The translations under genes and the position numbers were made by a program. A DNA stretch of 63,988 nucleotides, counting the filler, from Dimargaris cristalligena (taxonomy: Eukaryota): assembly GCA_003614675.1 (NCBI GenBank). It is 3 parts of 3 records of this genome, joined end to end, with 100 filler letters (N's around TTAATTAATTAA, not from the genome) between each part and the next. Parts side by side here need not be neighbours in the genome. Positions count along the whole stretch, not along the records: positions 44,364 to 63,988 come from ML002723.1; 2 more parts are not named here. One strand, 5' to 3'. This document shows, in pieces, positions 49,117 through 61,619 of this stretch. The notes below the pieces were generated by a model. The model saw only the letters and a list, made by a program, of their open reading frames with translations, was not told the DNA's origin and did no database searches. Positions within the stretch are counted from its first letter, which is position 1. Each line of letters starts with the position of its first letter.

Positions 49117-51913
49117 TTAATTTGCCAGCCGGGCATTCAACCGCGCAGTAACAATCTCGCGAATATAAAAGAAATTGGGCTGTAAAATATGCACCCCACA
49201 CATAGTGACCACCACCAATTCTTCGATGCCGTCCCGATTCATATCCGCCCAGTAAACGCGATAGAGCGGAGCGGGAAAGGATCGTTTCCATTTCACCTGG
49301 AATCGCCCGGATTGGTCCTTCTCGTGGATTAGCAATTCCTGGCCGTAGGTCACGGTGACCAACTCCGCTACGCCGTTATAGTCAACGTCGGCGACGAGGG
49401 CCCCCGTAACACTGTCGTGTAAATGGCTTTCGGGTAACACCGTCGGTAAGGGGATATCCGTGGATGTGAAGGCGAGGTTTTCAAAGACAAGTGTACCTTG
49501 GTTGGCGCAGGTCACAACTAAATGGAAAGTCGGATGGGTGGCTGTTGTTGCTGTAGTAGAAGCTGTGGCCGGTGGCTCGGGCTGCGGCGGGGGTGGGGAT
49601 GGCGATCTCGTCGCTGCTGCTTTTGGCTCGCCTAGAGGGTTGGGCCGAAGCGAGACCATGATTGGGGTGTACTGGAAAAATTCCAGAGAAGTGCAGAGAT
49701 TGAACAATGGGACTTGGTGAAAATGGGGTGATATAGCTTCTAGATAATGCAAGTCAATATATAGTTACCAATAAATAAGTCCGGGAAAAAAATACATATT
49801 AATACCAATTGGTTGCATTATAGACCTGGCCCCATGCTGATTCAAATCCCCCTACCATTACCCATTTATTATTGAAAGAGAGTTCAGGGCAATAGGAAAC
49901 GCGAGACTATATAACTTACCTCCAGTCCCCAATGGGGGTCTCGTATCCATAAATGACATATACAATTGTTCGTCGGTTCCTCCGATTCCGAATGCCCGCA
50001 CTCCCAGAATTTCAAATCGGCCCCAGCAAGCAATCCCGCTGTGGAAGCAATTCCCCGGTGATAATGTAATTAGCCATATCCCCAGATATGAGATTAGTGG
50101 TTAGGATTTAGGGTGACAACTATCTTACGGCGTGTAAAAGATGGCGAGACATCGGCCAATGCTTGGTTGTTCAACCAGGATTGCAGTAAACACATAGATA
50201 TTGTACGCGTACCTTTGGGATTTGATTTGCATAAAATCTAGAAGCGGCTGGAGATAAAGTGGCTGTGGTGAATCGGCATTGACTTCCAGCATCCGTCCCT
50301 GGTTGGTATCCTGGTCATGAATTAATGTGGGCCAATAGGGGTACATATTGGGATTATAAACGATACATATATCAGTAATGATATTAGGCAGATATGCTGG
50401 ATTCTGCGCTGTCGATGTCGGTGTCAATAGACGGATCGAGCTTTTATATGGTGCTCCCACGTACCAAATAATACATTGTGAATTCGCCACCAAGCCCGGA
50501 TACCACACAAAATAAGTCATTGCTGGCATTTAGTTGGCTAAGAATAGGGGTATATATGTGGATAGAGAGTTAAAAACAAAAGACCGGTTAGTGTGCCGAA
50601 GTCTAGGGCAAATGGGTGACTGGATTTGACAGGGGAATCCACGATGAGGTTCACCCGGTTCAGTTTTAGACATCGAAAAAAATTGGGGGATACTAACTTG
50701 TCAAGTAGCGTGAACGTAGGACAGGTTGGTAAGGGTATTATTTGTTCGTCGTCTAATTTTTACATAAATGGAATGGACGTAATTATTAAACAGCATACAA
50801 GGCATTCGAGTCAGTCAGGAATAGTGATTGGAGATCGACTTGATCTACAAAGTCACCGTGGTTCGACTCATTCCATATCAAGATAAACGGCTGATAGCAG
50901 GCAATGCAATTTGTAGTAGTAAGCGTAAGTCAATTTACCGAAGCAGTTAAAGAGCAAATTTTCGATACAGTTGCTGTCGGTATTGGCACCGTAGACATAG
51001 AGGAAATATTGGGATTGTGGGTTGGTCGGGTCACTCGATAGCTAAGGTATGGTATACAGGAAGAGATCGGATCCCATAATGAAGCAATAATGCAGCTTTC
51101 GCAAGTCCTATGAGTTTCAGTTCATAAAGATAGATACCGACAGGACCACGCATTTGCCAAAAAGCCAATCACGTATATTGAGGTTTGGAATCCCTTGAGT
51201 AATTAACCACTCAATTGATTGATGAGCAATGAGGTAAAGCATTCTAACCGGTAGCTGTACACCTACCTCCATTACGGTTAAGGTCATGATGACTCGTTTC
51301 TTAGTTGCTTTCGATGGGGGTACCGAGTCAGTGGTCCCAGCTGATGACGAGGCTCTGCTGCTACCACCACTATTATTAATATCAGGCACCGAAATTTCCT
51401 GGGCATTAACCGCCAGAATATGGTAGCGTTTGGGGAAGCATTTGGGAAGGACGAGGGTGGTCCAATAGCGCTGATTCGATATTATGGCGTATATCTCGTG
51501 GGTGGTAGCCACCAGAAGGTGGGTTTGGTCGGACGGCAAAAGGCACTGCTGCTTCGCCTGGTCGGATTTGATCAGTTGGCTTTCGGGGACTGTAGTTATG
51601 GCATAACAGCAATGGTGGCATAGTCGAGAGTGTCTCCAGGATTAGCGGTTAAATGAATAGAGGGACTGGGCCGAATTAAAGGCCAAATAGTCCGCCAAAA
51701 GGAGTGGGCCCAAGTGTATCAAAATCAACCCCCCAACATAACGGTTCAGAGTGTGTAATCTCGATAATGCACAGTTACTGTTAGCATGGCGGTTTGCTTG
51801 GGGCTCATGATTCGATCATCGATGTACTTACGAGTATGAATGTGCTGGTACTGCGGGAGCTGGGGATTGGGAGGGAAGCGAGACGGGAGGCTGGAATGAA
51901 ATGCGATGCTGCC
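49117..51913 (-). CDS. KPTN: Kaptin (KICSTOR subunit) homolog, multi-exon; 5' structure approximate
   Basis: Last exon (~49117-49671) reads ADVDYNGVAELVTVTYGQELL..WKRSFPAPL..ADMNRDGIEELVVVTMCGVHILQ, matching the kaptin C-terminal FG-GAP-like repeats as I recall them. Upstream exon pieces (HLLVATTHEIY, QYFLYVYG) are flanked by splice signals. Confidence 0.75.
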
Positions 51914-52824
51914 ATGTAAATTACTAGAGCACCCAAAGTATATATACGCAATGATAACATGTAATTTAGTTATCGGCTCCCCGTGACCTTTTCGGCTGTA
52001 AAAAGTTGGACGTGCCTGTAAATAGTGGGACCTATTATGGAGTACGGATAAAATGGCATGTGAAAGGTCTATACATTCAAATGCCGTCACCTGCCTACCT
52101 TTTTTCTTTGTCGGGAAACCGTTGAAAATGCGCCTCATTGTACATAAACGACGGGGCCCCAGTGGTACTCATTGTGGTAGCTGGGGGGCCTATTTAATAA
52201 ATTGGTTTAGAGTGAGGGAAGAGCGGAAGTAGACGAGAATGGCTTGGGAGATTGATGTTCGGGAAAAGGGCAATTGGGCAAGAGTCGGTAATAAGAAATG
52301 CCCCAAGGGACTGCAACAGCGCTGTAATGCAAATTATGGGAGGGGGTGGGCATTGGACAGGTCAGCAGCGTCAGTCAAGTTTTCGCCTGGGTCAGGCCTC
52401 TGAACAATAAAGGAATGGGGGAGCTTAGGGACTTGAAACCTTGTAGTCGCCATGGCTTGGTTGTCACATTCCATGGACCTTTCATAAATAGGAAGGAGTA
52501 AGAGTGATTAGGCGCCTGGTTTTTTGGCTGTCAGCACCGCCATACATCACGTGGATTGTCGGATAGTTCTCTGGTTTATTTGCGTTCTATGTAATAGAGG
52601 TTACTGACAATTCGGAAGGCCAGTAGAGTGGAGGGGGGGATACCTAGCCCATATTAAAGAGCCGCCCAAGCCGGCGGCACTGTTTGAAAGAGTCTCCGTG
52701 AAGATACGCTGTGTCTGTTAAACTCAAAGGACAACTTCACTAGTCTAGTGCTCATATATATTTTTATTCCTTATCCACTAAACCCAAGTTCACCACCACT
52801 TGTACAATTGACCCGCCGACCGGA

Positions 52825-55371
52825 ATGCCAGACCCAACCGACCCGAAGGAGGTGGCTATTATCGACTTAAGCGACTGCGACACCCCTCAAGCGCCGCAGC
52901 GGGTAGCCCCGGCCTTCGACCCGCGGCTTCCAGGACCTACAGGTCCGGGGACACCCTCAAGTCTTCTACGGAGGTTCCATTCGACCGGTGCGGAGATCAT
53001 TGAGCTCGATTCCCCGACATTCGCTCCCGGCCAGCTGCAGCCGCAGTGGCAGCCCCGGCTGGGGTCGGACACCCCACCGGCCGCCCTGGTTCTAGAGTCC
53101 CCAACCCCCTTATCCCCAGCTACCCCGTCGTTCAGTTATTTACCAGTGACCAATCCCTTCCTCTCTCCCGGGGACGCGACTTTACCCTCACCGTTGACTA
53201 AATTCGGGATAGCAAAGCCCCGCCCGCAATTCCATCAACCCGGGGCCAGCGGTACGGGTAAAAATATGGATGTTGGTAACCCATTGACGAAAAACCCTTT
53301 CCTAGTCTCGTCCTCGCCGCCATGCCAATCCCCTTCCTATCTGGCCACCCGCCCACTCCAGAAAGTAAACGCGTTCTTAAAGGATGACTCCTCATCGTCC
53401 TCGGAATGCGAACACCCTGTCCAGCCGACTACCAACACCGGGGCTACGACTGCTACGAACCTTTCGCCAGACCCCGACTCCCAACCCTATATCCCATCGT
53501 CACCAGAATCGTGTACGTCTCAGATCACCGACATTTTAATTGATGACGACCTAGATTGGACTGTGGACGATATCAATATGTCTTACACCACCGACCAGTG
53601 GATAGACGGATTTGAGGAACACATTTCGTCGAGTGATTCAGAACTTCCCGGAGCTGACTCGCTCTTCACTGCGCAGATACCCGCCGACAATCCATCCCAC
53701 TCTACTCCCAAGGGACTCCTAGAACGAACGTGGTCTCAGCCTGCCCCAACCCGCGGTAATGAACTGGATACTTGGAGCACTTCGGGCTCTATTCTCCGGA
53801 CCAGCCTAAAGGCCCTGCCATCCCAACCCCCTACTACAGCTGTTCTCCGTCGTTCGCAGAGCAGTACGATGGGCAATGAACTCCGGAAGGCCCAGCCCTC
53901 CCGAGTTGGTCGACTAGATTTCCAAAAGCGACCGGGCCCCGAGGAGAAGGCCCGGCGAGCGACCGAACGAGAACTCCTACGAGCGGCCAAAGCCCAGGCT
54001 AAACAGCGGGAGATTGATATCCGCAAAGCCAATCAGAAACATGTGGACAAACTCGATATTTCGCGCGAAATGACGGTATTCATTGGCGATTCGTGGTTCG
54101 ACCTGAATTTACAGCCTAAAGAGCAGGAGAGTTTCGCAACCCAATTGCGGAGTCAGACAATCACCCATACCAAAAAAATTGGTTGGCCCCCAACGTCGGC
54201 GGTGGGTCCCGAAACGATGGTTACAATAGCAGAAAGCCTCTCCGCCGAATCGGATGGACCAGCCGCCCCGCTATCCAACTCTGCCAGCCATATAAATCAG
54301 GCGGGCACCACGGTCGGGTCGTACATCGAAGCCCATCTGGACCTCTGCCTCCATTCAACCGTCCAACGAATTACTACCTCTTTTCAGCATCTTATTCGGT
54401 GGGGGCGGCATATTCGCAACCGCTACGATGCCCGGCAGGGTTTGTTCGTCCCGGTGGATACTCCCGCTGCTCTACTGGTCCCCGAGAGTGTCATCCTTAT
54501 CTATTGGGAAATGTCCGACCTGTTGCTCTGGTCCCAAAGTCCCATGGGTCTGTCCGCCGCGTTTGATCGCCTGCGGATTCGATACCCCACCGAAACAACC
54601 ACCGTTTTGTTGGTAGTCCAGGGATACCACGCTTGGCATAAGCGTCAATTGCAAAAACGGGATAGGGAGTTTGCCAAACAGGTACGCCAGATTGCGCGGG
54701 CCAATAGCGCACCTACCGCATTACCACGGTCATCGGAGACGGAGGATGGTCAGGAGGCAGCGGGCCTTGGAGGTCAGTCACGGCGGGCTCGCAATCCAGC
54801 CGCCGTTGTGGAGCTCCTGAGCGTCGAGGAGGCGGAAACCTTCCTAGTGTGGGTCCACATTCGGCTGGGTTGGCTAATTAATCATGCCACGTCAGTCCAC
54901 GAAGTAGCCCAATGGGTGACGGTATTCACCCGGGATTTGGGGGCCCGGCGGTATAAGGACTGTAGTCAGCTGCGGCAATCGCAGTCGCAGTCAAGTCCAG
55001 TTCCCTTTCCTAATCAGTCCCCACCCTCCCCACCTCCTCCACCAGCATCGCCCTGGGCATCACAGTTTGCCATTGAAAGTGGACTGACCAAAGCCCAACT
55101 CAACCCACCCGATATCTGGCGCCATATTTTGCTGCAGATACCTAAATTAACCGAACCCGTGGCTCGGGCTATTATGGCCCATTACCCGACGATCCAGTCC
55201 CTCCATACGGCTTACCATGGTCTGGCCGACGTTGGGGCGGCGCGACTGCTCCTGGCGGATATTACGGTGCTGGGTGCGACGGGATCCAGCCAAACTCGGC
55301 GAGTGGGACCGAAGATGTCGACGTTGATTCATTGCATTTTTACTAGCCAAGACGCCGCGTATAAGCTGTAG
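52825..55371 (+). CDS. EME1: Crossover-junction endonuclease regulatory subunit EME1/Mms4, 848 aa
   Basis: Disordered N-terminus, ERCC4-like core (LLVVQG..EEAETFLVWVHI..WVTVFT) and HhH-type C-terminus (WRHILLQIPKLTEPVARAIMAHYPT..LLADI..RRVGPKMS). Confidence 0.85.
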   Translation: MPDPTDPKEVAIIDLSDCDTPQAPQRVAPAFDPRLPGPTGPGTPSSLLRRFHSTGAEIIELDSPTFAPGQLQPQWQPRLGSDTPPAALVLESPTPLSPATPSFSYLPVTNPFLSPGDATLPSPLTKFGIAKPRPQFHQPGASGTGKNMDVGNPLTKNPFLVSSSPPCQSPSYLATRPLQKVNAFLKDDSSSSSECEHPVQPTTNTGATTATNLSPDPDSQPYIPSSPESCTSQITDILIDDDLDWTVDDINMSYTTDQWIDGFEEHISSSDSELPGADSLFTAQIPADNPSHSTPKGLLERTWSQPAPTRGNELDTWSTSGSILRTSLKALPSQPPTTAVLRRSQSSTMGNELRKAQPSRVGRLDFQKRPGPEEKARRATERELLRAAKAQAKQREIDIRKANQKHVDKLDISREMTVFIGDSWFDLNLQPKEQESFATQLRSQTITHTKKIGWPPTSAVGPETMVTIAESLSAESDGPAAPLSNSASHINQAGTTVGSYIEAHLDLCLHSTVQRITTSFQHLIRWGRHIRNRYDARQGLFVPVDTPAALLVPESVILIYWEMSDLLLWSQSPMGLSAAFDRLRIRYPTETTTVLLVVQGYHAWHKRQLQKRDREFAKQVRQIARANSAPTALPRSSETEDGQEAAGLGGQSRRARNPAAVVELLSVEEAETFLVWVHIRLGWLINHATSVHEVAQWVTVFTRDLGARRYKDCSQLRQSQSQSSPVPFPNQSPPSPPPPPASPWASQFAIESGLTKAQLNPPDIWRHILLQIPKLTEPVARAIMAHYPTIQSLHTAYHGLADVGAARLLLADITVLGATGSSQTRRVGPKMSTLIHCIFTSQDAAYKL

Positions 55372-56061
55372 TGCATACCTGGCTGGCTGAGGTGAGACCC
55401 CTCCCTTGTGTAGAGTTTTCGTTGTATTTTCTAGCAATTATTAAGTCCATTTAATGAAATAAAGGAGGGGGACCTAGCCTGTCTTATTCCTGCGCTTTAC
55501 TATAGATGGGCTCAATGTGACTCGCAAAGTAGGGTTTAGCTTGGATCGTCTGGCAGTATTTGATGGTCGTCCATTATGGGTGGTTAAAGGTGTGGTGGGA
55601 ACAAAAAGTGGGAAAGTCCTTCTGGAAAGGGCCAATTAGAGTACCACCGGCCAATCGCCGAGGCCGCTGAAGCGGACTGGGAAAAGCGATATGACTCGTT
55701 AGCCCTTACTAATTAGGCCACTATATTTCTCCAGAGCAATTTTTCTAAACCCAAGGAAGGACCAGTGAATATACATCGCACTATATAAAAAAAAAGAGAA
55801 CCGGTACCGAAGGGGCTCCTAATAGGCAACTAACCAAAACTATACTATCTCTATTGATATTTCAGACAAAGCGCCATTCCGATTGCTTGTTTGTCCCTTT
55901 GCCCGCACACCAACTCCTCCAAGGTACTTGCTGCGACTCAGATTCTCTGTTCCTTTCTTCGTTTCCCCCAGTTCCACGCCCTTAATCCTTCAAGCAGTTC
56001 CTAAGCTACCCGGAGCAGTTTGCTAATTGGTGTAGTTGCTTTCCCGCAGAGGATATGCAGC

Positions 56062-59000
56062 ATGCACTTTCGCCCGTATTTGAAGTCCTTGAATCCCATC
56101 TGCCGCCGTCTTCTTCGTTCGCCTCATTCTATTATTATTCCTGTCCACCCTCGCCTCTCGTTAATAACTAAACCCCAACAGCCCCCCTTTGTACTGCATT
56201 CCTCTTCACGCTCCCTGTGTGGTCCCAGTCATACCAGTCAATTCGCCATGGATCCCGCTAACCCCAATGAGAGCGGCCAGCCCGCTACCCCGTTGTCTAA
56301 GAATGCCGAGAAGAACGAAGCTAAGCGTCGCGCCAAAATGGAGAAGTTCGCCGCTAAGAAGGCCGCTATGGTAAGTAGACCAGCTGGGTGAGCCGTCGCA
56401 TATGCGGCTGCTAAATTGGGCTGCGTTGATATATATATATAAGGCCTATCTGGCCTCCAGTTTGGGGGATTCACATTTAGGGGTCGCAGCTAACTTCCCG
56501 AGAGATCTCCCAAGGCGGTTTAATGAGACGCACTTGACTCTCGACTGTCCCTTGCAACTGAATTGCACTACGGTCTATACGGCCCCACCCAGTTTGTACG
56601 CAGCCGGGCTGTGCTAGCTAGCTACTTCAAACTATGCCAGACCATTGCCCACTTGGCTAACCGTAGATTCGCAACCCCATACACATATATCTCTCTGTAG
56701 GCCGTCGGCGACGGCAAGAAGACTGCTGCCCCCAAGGAAAAGAAGGCCGCCAAGGCCGAGGCCCCCGCCAAACCCGTTGAGCCCGAGTTCGTCAATCTGA
56801 CTCCGGCCGGTGAGAAGAAGATCATGGAGGAAGAAATGGCCGCCAGCTACAACCCCAAGGCCGTCGAAGCCGCCTGGTACGCCTGGTGGGAGAAGGAGGG
56901 CTATTTCAAACCCCAGCTGACCCCGGAGGGCAACGCCAAACCCGAGGGTACCTTTGTCATTCCCATTCCGCCTCCGAATGTTACCGGATCGCTCCACATT
57001 GGACACGGTTTGACCGTGGCCATCCAGGACACCCTGATCCGCTGGCACCGCATGCGTGGGGAAACTACCCTGTTCAACCCCGGTATGGACCACGCCGGTA
57101 TTTCCACCCAAGCGGTGGTGGAAAAGATGCTGTGGAAGGAAGAGGGCCTGACCCGCCACGATATTGGCCGCGAAGCCTTTCTGGCCAAGGTTTGGGAGTG
57201 GAAGGAAAACTACGGCGGTCGAATTCAGAACCAACTCCGTCGGTTGGGCGGTTCTTACGACTGGTCCCGATCCCGGTTCACCATGGACCCCGATATGACC
57301 GAGGCCGTCAATGAGCACTTTATCCGCCTCTTCGATGACGGTACCATTTACCGGGCTACCCGTCTGGTCAACTGGTGCGTGCACCTGAACACCGCCCTGT
57401 CCAACCTGGAAGTGGACAACAAGGAACTCTCCGGCTCAACCTACCTGACCGTCCCCGGCTACGGCCCGGAGGAGAAGTTCCAGTTTGGTGTGTTGGTTTG
57501 TTTCCAGTACCAGATTGAAGGCAGCGACGAGCGTCTGACCGTCGCCACTACCCGAGTGGAAACCATGCTGGGTGACTCGGCCATTGCGGTCCACCCCAAT
57601 GACCCCCGCTACAAGCATCTGCATGGCAAGTTTGCCCGCCACCCCTTCATCGACCGACGGATTCCTATTATCACCGACGACCAGGCCGTCGATATGGAAT
57701 TCGGTACCGGTGCGGTGAAGATTACCCCCGCTCACGATTTCAATGATTACGAAGTTGGCAAACGCCATAATCTCGAATTCATCAACATTTTGAACGACGA
57801 CGGTACCTTCAATGCCAATGCGGGTCCCAAGTTTGAGGGTATGAAGCGTTTCCACGCCCGTGTGGCCGTCGTCGGGGCCCTCAAGGAGGCCGGTCTATGG
57901 GTAGAAACCAAGGATAACCCCATGACTGTCCCCACCTGCTCCAAAACCGGTGATATCATCGAGCCCCTCATGAAACCCCAGTGGTACGTGCGCTGTCATG
58001 ATATGGCCCAGGAAGCGATGCGCGTGGTTCGCGAGGGTCAACTCTCCATCATGCCCGCCACGTCCGAACGGGAATGGTTCCGCTGGTTGGAAAACATCCA
58101 AGACTGGTGTATCTCACGTCAGCTCTGGTGGGGCCACCGCGTGCCTGCCTACTTGGTCGTGTTAGACGGTACTCGTCCCGATCCTACAGACATGCACTAC
58201 TGGGTGGTCGGTCGCTCCGAGGAAGAAGCCCGGACCAGTGCTGCGGCGCGCTTCCCCAACCAGTCCTTCACCTTAGAACGGGACCCTGACGTGCTTGACA
58301 CCTGGTTCTCGTCCGCCCTGTGGCCCTTCTCGATCCACGGCTGGCCGAACGCCACCACCGACTACCGTAACTTCTACCCGGCCACGCTACTGGAGACCGG
58401 GTGGGACATTATTTTCTTCTGGGTAGCTCGCATGGTCATGGTGGGCCTCAAGCTAACCGGCCAAGTGCCCTTCCAGGAAGTCTTCTGCCACGCCATGATC
58501 CGCGACGCCCACGGCCGTAAGATGAGTAAGAGTTTGGGTAACGTGATTGACCCCATCGATGTGATTGAAGGCATTGACCTGGCCAGTCTGCACGCCAAAT
58601 TGTACCAAGGTAACCTGGACCCCCGGGAAATCGAAAAGGCCAAGGCCGGCCAGGCCGCCGACTTCCCCCGCGGTATCCCCGAATGTGGTACTGATGCCCT
58701 GCGTTTCGCGCTGTGCGCCTACACCTCTACCGGGCGGGATTTGAACTTGGATATCCTGCGCGTCGAAGGCTACCGCAAATTCTGTAACAAATTATGGAAC
58801 GCCACTCGGTTCGCCATGATGAAACTGGGAGGTGCCAGCTTCAAGCCCACCGCCCAAGTCGAAAGTACCGGCCCCACGTCCCTAGCTGACCGCTGGATTC
58901 TGCACAAGCTGAACGCGGCCACCGCCGAGGTGAACGCCGCTCTGGCCGAAAATAACTTCATGGCCGCCACGACCGCTGTGCACCGCTTCTGGCTCTACGA

Positions 59001-59754
59001 GCTTTGCGATGTCTACATTGAAGCGATCAAACCCGTGTGCGATGTAGACGATAGCACCACCGACGTGGCTCGTCTGGCTGCCAAGGCCACCGCTCAACAG
59101 ACTCTATACACCTGTCTAGACTGGGGTCTGAAATTATTGCACCCGTTCATGCCCTTTATCACCGAGGAACTCTTCCAGCGTTTGCCGCGCCGTCCCGAAT
59201 CGGACGAAACCTCCATTATGGTGGCCAAGTACCCCGGGCCCGTGCCCAGTTTCACCGACCCCACTAGCGAACGGGAGTTCGATTTGATCCTGGCGGCCAC
59301 CCGCGCCATCCGGTCCCTCATGTCCGACTACGGCCTCACCTCCAAGGGCCAGGCCTACCTGACTTCCACCACTCCGGCTCTACATGCCCTGTACGCCAGC
59401 CAGGCCGACCTGATGCAGGCGCTCATCCGCGGCTGCCAGCAAGTGACCGCTTTGGCTCCCGAAACCCCCAGCCCCGCTGGCTGTGCTCTGGTGACGTTGA
59501 ACGACGAAACGAACGTTCTCCTGTTGGTCAAGGGTATTGTCGACATTGACGGTGAAATCACCAAACTCAACCAGAAATTGGGCAAGGTGCAACAGCAGCT
59601 CGAATCATGGTCCAAGAAAACGACCATCGCCGACTACGAAACTAAAATCAAGGCCGAAGTGCGCGAATTGAACGCCAGTCGCATTAAGAACTATGAAGCC
59701 GAAATAGAGGCCATTACCCAGGGTATCCAGAACTTCATGACTCTCAAGAATTAA
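56062..59754 (+). CDS. VAS1: Valyl-tRNA synthetase; exons 56062-56370, 56701-59754; alternative ATG at 56248
   Basis: PPPNVTGSLHIGH, DWCISRQLWWGH, DPDVLDTWFSS and KMSKSLGN motifs. The phase-0 GT..AG intron 56371-56700 links KNAEKNEAKRRAKMEKF to the main ORF. Confidence 0.97.
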
Positions 59755-59929
59755 GTAGAGTGAGTGAGCTATAGTATGCGAGGGTGGTTACTACTGGCCT
59801 GGACAAGAATTGTAATTTCTAGGTTAGATTTCGGTTTTATGGAATTAGCATGCGTAGGCCATTATAAGGCCCGTCTGGAAATATTAAAGTAGATTCATCA
59901 AATAAATAGCTAGGGCTTTTAATTATATA

Positions 59930-60058
59930 TAGATGAAATTCAACCCAACTATATAGGACGGTAAATGAAATAAATATATGAGAGATTCATTTCTAACTAG
60001 CAGGTTTTGCCTCATTCAATGGATGTTTTGTTATGCGGTCTGGTTGAATATTTTCCTA
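59930..60058. mobile_element. MITE family copy D (degenerate, internally shorter)
   Basis: TA|TAGATGAAATTCAACCCAACTATATA ... TTATGCGGTCTGGTTGAATATTTTCCTA. Confidence 0.7.
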
Positions 60059-61619
60059 CTGGCACCGTTATTGTTCTATCCCAGATGCACCCATGATGTC
60101 ATCCGAGGATATAATTATACAATTCCAGTTACAATCCGACATTGCCTTGACCTATATTCCCTTGCATTTACCTAATAAACCCACATTGAGAGTTAGCTTA
60201 CACTCGGCATTTATAATTTTCACCACTATATTATTACCCCCACCCTATTCCTGCTATCATGTTGGTCAGGATTATTCCTGATGCTACACTGAACAGAAAC
60301 CGGGCTGTGTGGGTTCTTGGTAGATTAAGAGTGGTTAACCACTTATTGATTCATTAAATAAACCCATGCCCGTTTGCTTTGCTTTAGCATAGTACATTTT
60401 TATACTTAGAGCGTCTTTCAGAGAGTGTGATAATGATATTTCATTATTGTCAAAGATTCTAAGCAGCTAGATAGACCCTGTTTAAAAAGGGTATCATGGC
60501 CGACATGGTAAATAGCCTTGCATTATATTTATAATTATCTTGTGTGGTTCTGTATTTGCTCTACCGCTTCTACTGTCTTTCTTTTTGTTGGCCTTTCCTC
60601 AAGAAACAGGCTAGAGAAGCCCATACCTACTGATTATGATAAAAAGTACGAAGGGGGTCTTCCCAAGCATGTGTTTAACGTAAAGCATTTAAGTTATGGC
60701 CTTATGCACAATAAATCTATATTTGGTGGTTTATTCTCTGATAAATTCCACACCGTCTTTCACTGCACTTTTTTGAATATTGTCATGGGGAACAAATGCC
60801 TGTCCAGTACCCATCTGTGCACTAAGCCCTTGGCTCTTTGACTGCTTAAAACTATTGCCCTATATATTGAAACATGACAGTCTACTAATATAGTACGGTA
60901 TCTCTTTAAGAAAGGGTAGCAATATATATATACCTGATTATTTTATTGAGGGTAAAGACTCGATAGTATTTCGAGTTTGAAGTCTGGCCAATATTTTTCG
61001 CTCATTGATTCCCCCAGTCCCCCTATTGCAATACTAAGCCCAGTGACTGAAGTTACTTTACTGAATGCTTGGATATTTTAGAAACTCGCTAATAATGCAC
61101 ACTATCTATTACTTAATGGATGGATATATGTGTTTATTGCAATGGTTAATCGCGATGATGTAGCATGCAACTTTACTCCATACATTGTATGCAGGGAGAT
61201 TGGCAATCACCCGGGTTGATTACAGAATGAGCAACAGATAGATTTAGGAAAAATGCACCACAGCACAAAGTGATAAAAGGAGATCGGCATATATCCAGAT
61301 ATCGACCCGAATGCTGGGTATGGACTTCCGGTTCTAAGGGGAACTGCAGTGGTATTATTCTAGGTATATCGGATAGCCCGACACTTATCATGAAATGTCC
61401 ATTGATTCAAACCTCAGGTAGATAGGGTATCTGGGAAGTCGCATTTTTGTGCTTTCCAAGGCCATGCAGTTTCCCCTGGGAGCCTTTATACAATAAAGTA
61501 TTACGGCCTAAGACCCGATTTACCAACTTGGGCTCGTAGCCTTATCAGTAAGAATACTAAGTGCGACACCTGGTGACGAACATAAAAAATATTAGTAAAA
61601 TGTCTAATGGACTCAAGAG

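Noticed and set aside
44505..59627. Many overlapping alternate-frame and antisense ORFs within clathrin, EME1 and ValRS
   Set aside because: Expected by-products of GC-rich codon usage in long real genes.
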